Positions 56,794-64,000 of a stretch of DNA of 64,000 nt are shown in pieces. Source of the stretch: an uncultured virus (IMG/VR IMGVR_UViG_3300038345_000178) (Duplodnaviria > Heunggongvirae > Uroviricota > Caudoviricetes). The notes under the pieces were generated by a model that saw only the letters and a list, made by a program, of their open reading frames with translations, ran no database searches and was not told the DNA's origin. The translations under genes were made by a program, and so were the position numbers. Where the stretch lies: the IMG/VR virus record IMGVR_UViG_3300038345_000178, one strand, 5' to 3'. How positions within the stretch are numbered: position 1 is the first letter of the stretch; each line of letters opens with the position of its first letter.

Positions 56794-57780
56794 TTATAAA
56801 GAAACAATCTTAATATTTAAAATAATATCATCTTGTTCCTAAATCCTATATATTAATGTAGCCTGACCTTGCTACTTTGATGGATTTTCTAATATTAATG
56901 TATCAGATGAACAATCTAAATCAATCTAGGTTCCAAACCAATTTAAATACCATTTCCCACCTGTTGCATTTTTTATAGTATAATTATTAACACTATAAGT
57001 TTGAATTTTATTTGGTCCATCAATATATGCAGCAGTTTCATCTACAGGATTTTCATTATTTTGTTCTGCAGTTTCTAATTTCTTTACAGTCTATTCTATT
57101 TCATTTTCAAAATATTCTTCTGCAACAATCTAAATAATACCATCTCCATAATAAGGATTAACACTTGTTACCTGCCAAGTTTTTTCTTTATTATCTCTTG
57201 GATCTTTAATTTTTATTTTTGCGAATCTTGAAAAAAATTGATTAGTATTTTCATCTGCAGTAATAAAAATTACCAAAGAATAATTCAATTTATTCCAATC
57301 AATATTGGCTTTTTGCTTCCAAATAATATCTGTTTCAATAGGCCCTCTTACATATATCCAGTAAGGGGTCCCATTTATAAATACCTAAGAATCACAGCGT
57401 CTTATCTCAGCACGAAAATAAGCTTTTTCATTTAAATTTTGTAAAAATACTAACCAATGTGTATTAGTTTCTTTCCAAGTAAAAACGTCTCCAGGTTTCA
57501 TATCAATTAATTCAATTCCCTATGACGTTTTTCCAATTTTTCGTTTATTTAAACATATATCTTTAAATAAAATTGAAATAATTTTATTATCATACTAAGG
57601 TTTATTTTTATCAGGGTTTATTAAACATCTAAACTCTCTTCCATCAGATAAAATTGCGGTGTTAGATTGATATGAATATAATAAAGCTTTTCTTAATGAG
57701 CGTCTTTTATCTTCATACATTCTTTCTATCTGGTTCCCGCCCTAATATTGTAATCGTTTATTTAATAATTCTAACGACAT
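56794..57780 (-). CDS. Putative head-closure/neck protein with TAGs; absent from the track
   Basis: AGGAG RBS; MSLELLNKRLQY*GG...FRCLINPDK...AYFRAEIRRC...GII*IVAEEYF; 987 nt ending TAA. Confidence 0.65.
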
Positions 57781-58091
57781 AATTCTCCTTTTAATACATT
57801 CATTAAATTTAAACAATCAAAAATCGTTCTTCTATAAATAGAAAAATCTTCTTTTTTTATTAATGAATGTAATCCTTCCAATTTATTTAATAATGCAAAA
57901 TAAGTTTCTGAATCACCGCAATTCAATAATTTTTGCATCCCTACTAACTATTCTATAATAGTCTATAAGGGTTTCTCCCAGTCCGATTCTTCCTATCGGA
58001 CTGGAAGTAACTTATAAATTTGATTTATTAAACTTTGGAATCGTTGAGCAATAATATTAGAATTTATCTATATGTTATATTTTAAAATCAT
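57762..58091 (-). CDS. Hypothetical neck-region protein with 5 TAGs; absent from the track
   Basis: MILKYNI*INS...NQIYKLLPVR*EESDWEKPL*TIIE*LVGM...YRRTIFDCLNL. Confidence 0.7.
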
Positions 58092-58115
58092 TGTCAACTT
58101 CCTTTGCTATTAAAA

Positions 58116-59723
58116 TTAAACATTTCCCTTAGTAACACTTACATTTGTTGCACTTGTCAATACTGTTACAGAATCTTTATTATTCCAAGCTGTATTTGCA
58201 CCAGAAGCAACAGCCTTAATATATTTATCTGTAGTATTTAATGTAAATGTTGTAGCTTCTCCCAATGTATTATCTGTAACAGGAGTAATGCTAGTAATAG
58301 CTTTAACCGTTTTTTGATTGTTCCAGGCTGTATTTGCACCAGAAGCGGCTGCAGATAAATATTTAAGATTTGAGCTAGCACCCACAACAACTTGAGCATT
58401 TCCACTATCGCTAATAGAATTTGTAGTTATCGCGCTAAACGATGTACCTGCACCTAATACACTGTCTGTTGTAGGATCACCTAATGCAGTTAAAGCAGAA
58501 CCATCTGTAGTAGAGACAGATGCTACAAAAGGTCCAACAGTGCTTGAACTTGATGTTGTAGTAATTCCTGTTAAAACAGTTGTAGCAGAAGAAGCAGCTA
58601 CTGGTACTGTTACATCTGAGAATGTGTGCTGAGTCGTAGTCTGAGTATTTAAAGTTGCTGCGCCAAAAGTCAAAATACCATTACTAACAGAAACACCTTT
58701 TAAAATATCTGAATTTGAAGAAGAATTTGTTACAGATCCAGTTGCAGTAGTTTGAGAAGTACCTGCAGTAGCTTTAGACGCAGTTGTTGAAGAAGATACT
58801 CCCGTGATAGATGTTTTTGTAAAATACTTTGAAGTTGGAGTAACAGTTTTAATAAAATCATCAGAACTAGGACTATATCCAGTTACTGCATCTACTAGGT
58901 CATTGGATCCAGAAGTAACCGAAGTTGAAGAGGTTAAATACTTTTTAGTAGTTGTAATATCTTCTGCATATTTTATTCTACCAGTTGCTGTCTATCCGTT
59001 TGCTGTTAATCCAATAGTAGGTTGTGTAATTGTGAAAGTTGCGTCTTTACCAACAACATCTGTTGTAGTTGGAGTTAAACCAGTAACGGCCGCGACGATA
59101 TCATTTGTTCCTACTGTAATGGGATTAGTTGAATTAGGCTCAGTTACTTTTACTCTTCCTGTTGCCGAACTAGACTCAGTAGATAAAGCAACTGTCGGCT
59201 GAGTAATTGTAAATGTAGCATCTGTTCCAACAACTGTATCTGTTTGCTTCGTTAAAGAAGCATTTACAACTATATCATTTAAATTAAGTTGAGTGTCGCC
59301 AATTTTTTCCCAAGAATATGTTGCTGGATCAGTTCCAGTTTGAATACGCACATATTCATCATATATATCAATAGAATTATTAGTAGCCGCCAAGTCTGGA
59401 GAGGTGACAGATTTTACTAAATAAAAAGCTCCAGGCTGCGCGGATGCCGCAGTTAAAGTACCAATATATTCTGTTGTAGTATCACTTCCAGAAGTAGTAT
59501 AATATACTTTAACCCCCGCAGGAATATTAGCAACAGTTGGAGTTACTGTCCCATCCCAAGCAATTATAAAAGTAACACCGCCTGAAACAATTCCACTTAA
59601 AGCATCAAAAGCATTTCTTAATTCACGGTCAGCCACATAATACTCACCCTAACCTGTTAATGCATTATAACTTGGTAATCTTACTTTATCAATAACGGGT
59701 GTATTTATATCTGTATAAGACAT
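58116..59723 (-). CDS. Thr/Ser-rich repetitive virion protein (fibre/decoration-like), TAGs at 59649 and 58992
   Basis: GGGGG RBS; track ORFs 58992..59636 and 58116..58673 share a frame; YDEY...WEKIGDT motif; internal repeats DATFTITQPT x2 and ASGANTAWNN x2. Confidence 0.7.
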
Positions 59724-59738
59724 TCACATATTCCCCCC

Positions 59739-60254
59739 TTAATTTCGATTAAAAATTAAAATATTATCAATAACGCCAGAGGTATCATTAATGTTAATTT
59801 TATTGCTCCAAAAGGTCTTCTCTTCTAAAGAAGTGTGAATTGCTGTATTTTGAATGTGGTTTTCAAACAACTCTTTATTTACATCTTCAATAAAAGGTAA
59901 ATTAAAAATAAAAGTTTTCCCATCTCCAACTTTCATTCTAGCTGATATTAATGCATCCTCTTCGATATTTTTTTTTACATATATATAAATTTGTCCTTTT
60001 TGAGATTTTACAAAAGACTAAGCAATCCATTCATCCTAAGTTTTTATTATAACTTTTGCATAATCATTCAAATCAGACGCCATAGCAAAAAAGGAAAGGT
60101 CATGCCAATGAGTGTTACCATCTCCAATTTTACATTTACCTATATCTAATGCAACTCCCATTTCACCTGCTGATAAAATTGGGTTTACATTTTCCCATTC
60201 TGCTAAAGCTCCTCGCCTTAATAATATACGCATTTTTTTATATTGTATTGCCAT
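59739..60254 (-). CDS. Protein with two Mtd-N/hyaluronidase-N-like repeats (KIGDG, KVGDG), 2 TAGs
   Basis: LLRRG...W...NPILSAGEMG...KIGDG; KT*DEW...KGQIYIY...MKVGDG. Two track ORFs in one frame. Confidence 0.7.
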
Positions 60255-60268
60255 ATACTAACCCCCTC

Positions 60269-60898
60269 TTAATCTCCAAAAGGGGTTCCGCCATCAAAAA
60301 TAATTTCTAAATCCTAAAAAATAGAATTTTTGACAGACTTCTTCCTATTTTCATTAATTTTTATAGTTGAATCTCGTAATATTCCAAAAGTAGATCTCAT
60401 AATACCATTTTCATCTTTAAATCTTCGTTTATATAATCTTTGAAGATGAAAGCCTTCTCGTTCATAATCTTTTTTTAATTGTAAAATCTTATGCATATGA
60501 TTTGCCTGAGAAGTAAACTTAAAATCAGATCCACTATATTTCATACGAGTATTTTCTATACTTGCCAATTGTTGACTTAGCCATTCTACAATCATATATA
60601 CAGCAAGAATATTTATCTCTTCATGAGTAAGTATAATATTAAAGCATCCATTCTCATAAAGAATTGCTTCTGCGTCTACATAATTACTTTCAATTCCATT
60701 ATAAATATGAACATCAGAAACTTCAAAAAGTTCATAATCAGTTAAATCAACTCGTGGAAATTCAAATTTCTCAATTGCAGAAAGTAATAATTGTTCTAAC
60801 ATCCTAAATGTATCAAGCTAATTTAATTCAAGATACATATCATCTGTAATTTTTGATAGAAAGGAGTCATATACAGTAGCAAATAAAGTCGTGCCCAT
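60269..60898 (-). CDS. Putative head-tail connector (adaptor), TAGs at 60818 and 60314
   Basis: MGTTLFATVYDSFLSKITDDMYLELN*LDT...EEINILA...YSGSDFKFTSQANH. Function inferred from position. Confidence 0.7.
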
Positions 60899-60923
60899 TT
60901 ATATATTCCCCCTATAAATATTA

Positions 60924-61502
60924 TTATTTTTTATCAGGATTATATCTTCTCCCTGATGGTGCGGCAGCTGTTTCTTTTTTAACAGGGGGGGCTGCACGCC
61001 TGCGTGTATTTACTGATTTATCAGTTGTATCCTCTTCCCCACCATCAAATTTTGTATCTTTAATCTCAATGGCTTTCGTAACATTAAAACCGAGTTTTTC
61101 TTGAATAGCCTCTCTCTTTGCCATATCATTTAAAGGTAAGTCAACTGCCATTTCTTTAATTGTTTCTTTTATTGCTTCTGGAGCAAAATCTAAACAATCT
61201 AAAAACTGATCTAAAGTACCTGTTGTCATTAAGTTCCTTATATCATCTTTTGTATAAAAATACTCAATTTCTGGAGTGGCATTAAACAATTTAACTAAAG
61301 CTTCTTGATTTTGAATCTCAAGAAAATCTTTTAAAATCGTCGCACCACCTGGAGCATATGAAAGCTTTTCTAATTCTTCAAATGAAATTTCTTTTTTTTC
61401 ATTAGGATAAAAAGTTCTTCTTACACCTAAATCATCTACTTTATATCCCACTCTTCCTCCATATTTATTAACAACAGTAATCATAGTATCTTTAGTAATC
61501 AT
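60924..61502 (-). CDS. Hypothetical protein downstream of the capsid gene
   Basis: Track ORF with AGGAG RBS. Confidence 0.75.
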   Translation of the reverse strand: MITKDTMITVVNKYGGRVGYKVDDLGVRRTFYPNEKKEISFEELEKLSYAPGGATILKDFLEIQNQEALVKLFNATPEIEYFYTKDDIRNLMTTGTLDQFLDCLDFAPEAIKETIKEMAVDLPLNDMAKREAIQEKLGFNVTKAIEIKDTKFDGGEEDTTDKSVNTRRRAAPPVKKETAAAPSGRRYNPDKK

Positions 61503-61532
61503 ATTAAAACTCCTTTTATCTCCTAAAAATTA

Positions 61533-61564
61533 TGCGATTGGAGGGAGAAATTCTCCCTCCCGCA
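61533..61564 (-). terminator. Terminator after the major capsid gene
   Basis: GGAGGGAGAA-A-TTCTCCCTCC hairpin. Confidence 0.7.
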
Positions 61565-61588
61565 CCATATTTTATTTATTTTTAATTA

Positions 61589-62641
61589 TTAAGCATGCCA
61601 AGGTGTAATAGTCTTAAGAAGAGATGTGTTCTGATATACGCAAATACCAGGATTAATCATATAAGTACCTACGCCAAACTTCTGATAAGTTTGAATCTCT
61701 GTTGACCAATCTCTATTATCAAATGACTTAACCTGAGCCGAACCCTCAAAAGCAATTTTAACGGGCTTTTCAGCACCAGTAGGAATAATCCAAGCATATG
61801 AAGGATCAATTACTTTTTCATTATTTGTAACATCTGTAAATGATTGAGGAAGAATAATTACTTGGTGACCTTTATAAGTTGTAAAGTAACCATTATTCCA
61901 AATTTGCTCTTTCATTCCATCTGACCACGTAGCATTATTAGCAGGGATCATTGTGGCAGCAAATTCAAATGTACAATAGATTGTACTTTTACCATAAGCA
62001 TCTGCAGTAGTTAATAACTGATCCATAGCAGTTTCATCAAAAGCATTATGTACTACCTTGTTAATAGCTTTAATGTTTCCAACTGCCGCAACAAGTGCTT
62101 TAGCAATTTCACGATAAATAGCCTCATCCATACCTTCAAGTACAAGACTATAATAATCATTCATAGTCATACGATTATCAAGTAGCTCTTCCCACTCAAC
62201 TCTTGAAGCTCCGCCATAAGCAGCTGTCTGGATTTCCATTGAATATCCATCTAACTTAAAGATTTCGTATCTACCAGCAAGTCCAACTCTTGTAACAAAT
62301 TGCTTTGCACGTTTCTTAGAAGCTTCACTAATTTTTACTTTATAAACAGGTTTTACGCCCTGAGCAAATTGCTGTACATCAGCAAACTGACCATAAGCCT
62401 GAAGAACTTTTTGTGGTAAAACTTCTGTTAGACTAACTTCCATCAATGTATAAATTAAATTTTTATTTTCTCTGAAATCCTGTGGTGTTGCACCAAGTTC
62501 ATTTAATTCTTTAACAAATGTTTTATTCAAAGCTTCTGCTGAAAGGTTCTCTCCATTAAATGAGAAACTCTTAGAAGGATTCAAAGATGCCTTAGCATTA
62601 GCTCTTGCCAATTCAATAAGTTGTTCTTTATTTAATGCCAT
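61589..62641 (-). CDS. Major capsid protein (probable)
   Basis: 350 aa, AAGGAGGAG RBS, downstream terminator, located after scaffold and decoration genes; KIAFEG...STEIQTYQKFGVG C-terminus. Confidence 0.75.
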   Translation of the reverse strand: MALNKEQLIELARANAKASLNPSKSFSFNGENLSAEALNKTFVKELNELGATPQDFRENKNLIYTLMEVSLTEVLPQKVLQAYGQFADVQQFAQGVKPVYKVKISEASKKRAKQFVTRVGLAGRYEIFKLDGYSMEIQTAAYGGASRVEWEELLDNRMTMNDYYSLVLEGMDEAIYREIAKALVAAVGNIKAINKVVHNAFDETAMDQLLTTADAYGKSTIYCTFEFAATMIPANNATWSDGMKEQIWNNGYFTTYKGHQVIILPQSFTDVTNNEKVIDPSYAWIIPTGAEKPVKIAFEGSAQVKSFDNRDWSTEIQTYQKFGVGTYMINPGICVYQNTSLLKTITPWHA

Positions 62642-62659
62642 ATCTTTTCTCCTCCTTTA

Positions 62660-63262
62660 TTACTGAACTCTTTGAATCTTTACGCCAGGTTGTGTTGTGT
62701 CTGGCATAGTATATTCTTTTACAACTTTCCATACCATTCCTGTAGAAGGCATTGTTGTAGCGGCAGTAGCATTATTTCCCTCTCCTGTTGTAGCAAGAGT
62801 TAAGAAACCATTACTACCAACCACTAAATAATTACCAACAGATAATGACATTGTTCCTACTTCGGCAGTATTAGAAGTATTAGGAACTGCAATAGTATTG
62901 GTTGTAATAATATCACCAACTTCAGTTGCAATTAATCTTGGATAAATTTGCTCATCTGTAAAGTCAGCAATTTTATATACAAAATCTTTCATAGATTGAT
63001 ATCTTTCATCATATAATTTAATTTCGTTATAAACAAGCATAAATTCGCCATCGCCTGTGAAGTTTACCTTACCATTAGCATAATCATACTTTGCAAATTG
63101 TCCATTCTCAAGTTGAGTAATTCCTGTGTAAGTTGTTACACCATTTGCAGTAGTTTTTGTATACTGTGTTGGTAGCTGAGCATAAATTCTGCCCTCTACG
63201 ATACCAGAAAGGTGGTTGGCTTCAACTTGTCCATAACCTTTTCTTTTCATTACAAGTGCCAT
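62660..63262 (-). CDS. Probable head decoration/cement protein
   Basis: GYGQVEANHLS...LENGQF...YTMPD; located between scaffold and capsid genes. Confidence 0.6.
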   Translation of the reverse strand: MALVMKRKGYGQVEANHLSGIVEGRIYAQLPTQYTKTTANGVTTYTGITQLENGQFAKYDYANGKVNFTGDGEFMLVYNEIKLYDERYQSMKDFVYKIADFTDEQIYPRLIATEVGDIITTNTIAVPNTSNTAEVGTMSLSVGNYLVVGSNGFLTLATTGEGNNATAATTMPSTGMVWKVVKEYTMPDTTQPGVKIQRVQ

Positions 63263-63289
63263 TCGTTTTTATCTCCTTTACTAGTAAAA

Positions 63290-64000
63290 TTATTTCATTT
63301 CTTCTTTAACCATTCTTACCCAATCAGGAAGACTACCTGTTTCTGGAGCGAAAGAATAAGTTAATATACTTTCAGTTTTTTCTTCTTTGTTTACTGCAGG
63401 CTCTTCAGAAGCTGCCGAAAAATTAATCTTTTTATCAAAACAAATAACTGAAAGTTTTGCTTTAATTTCATCTAAGGTATATTTTTCTTTATTTGCAATT
63501 ACATCTGCCTTATCTTCATCTGCAAGCATATAGAACTCAGAAATTAGAGCATCTTTCTTCTGATTTTCAATTTCAGTTTTAAAACTTAAAAGTTCCTGAT
63601 ACTGAGTTTGAAGAGCGCTATAAGAAGTTTTTAATTCTTCAAGCTCTTGAGAAAGAAGTGTAAATTTTTTCTTATCGTCTTCATCATCTTTCTCTTCTTC
63701 GCCTTCATCTTCTTTAGCTTCATCCTTAGTGCCATCTTCTTCTTTATCATCCGCTGGCCTTTCGTCAGAAGTTTCTTTTTCTTTTTCATCGTCTTTTTTT
63801 GCAAAATCAGAAGAAACAGAAGTTTCATTAACAATAGGGGCCTCTTCAATTGAAGACTCTTCAACAACAGAAGCCTCTTGCTCTGTAAAAGTTAATGTTG
63901 TTTCATTTTCCATCTGTTTTTTCCCTCCATTTAAGACATTCTTTAAATCTTGCATCATGCTATAAAGAGTGTTCTTAAATTTATCATCTAATGTAAATTT
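63290..64000 (-). CDS. C-terminal scaffold-like part of a prohead protease/scaffold gene (5' end outside the window)
   Basis: Acidic low-complexity region plus coiled coil; the frame is open to the window edge. Confidence 0.6.
   Translation of the reverse strand, partial: KFTLDDKFKNTLYSMMQDLKNVLNGGKKQMENETTLTFTEQEASVVEESSIEEAPIVNETSVSSDFAKKDDEKEKETSDERPADDKEEDGTKDEAKEDEGEEEKDDEDDKKKFTLLSQELEELKTSYSALQTQYQELLSFKTEIENQKKDALISEFYMLADEDKADVIANKEKYTLDEIKAKLSVICFDKKINFSAASEEPAVNKEEKTESILTYSFAPETGSLPDWVRMVKEEMK

Noticed and set aside
58188..59225. DGR template/variable repeats or a CRISPR array in the Thr-rich gene
   Set aside because: The repeats are short in-frame protein repeats with no adenine-specific variation, no reverse transcriptase nearby and no regular repeat-spacer period.
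90..60898. Systematic G->T sequencing error (GAG->TAG) mimicking recoding
   Set aside because: The much commoner GAA codons are not converted to TAA, GGAG RBSs are intact, and TAGs follow gene class. Unlikely, but only raw reads can exclude it.
90..60898. TAG as pyrrolysine, or default code 15 (Gln)
   Set aside because: No pyl genes are visible and the contexts favour an acidic residue. Gln remains the main alternative until alignments or proteomics are done.
1..64000. Suppressor tRNA, aminoacyl-tRNA synthetase or release factor gene
   Set aside because: I saw no cloverleaf/T-loop pattern or matching protein motifs; if present they are probably outside this window. A by-eye search could miss a divergent tRNA.

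Overview
AT-rich segment of a large tailed dsDNA phage, probably infecting a Bacillota/Clostridia host (SigA-type TTGACA-17-TATAAT promoters, GGAGG RBSs, GH25/CHAP endolysin). Layout: minus-strand tape measure and tail-tip genes (1.7-12.7 kb); a plus-strand block for RNA repair, lysis, replication and nucleotide metabolism (12.9-51 kb); minus-strand head, neck and tail genes (51-64 kb). The main result is that TAG is used as a sense codon. Dozens of fragments in the ORF track join into full-length genes when TAG is read through, including a ~3,340-aa tape measure, endolysin, primase, RecJ-like nuclease, ThyX-like protein, NrdD and tail tube. Unlike described TAG->Gln (code 15) phages, the TAGs here sit repeatedly where I recall homologues having glutamate (VFEG*K, FYG*PKSGKT, YWK*ADTYK, YGL*NF, CRC*CG, KPL*TIIE*L), which suggests TAG->Glu. 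That assignment rests on recalled motifs, not computed alignments. Also present: three group I introns (dnaE, nrdD, dut), each with a different homing-endonuclease family that itself uses TAG; a fixed-spacing GGNCRA-N24-TTTTTAT motif (candidate late promoter); an OFA-type MFS transporter between nrdD and nrdG; and a 6-nt TAA-containing insertion in a helicase Walker A motif. I saw no tRNA, release factor or CRISPR array.
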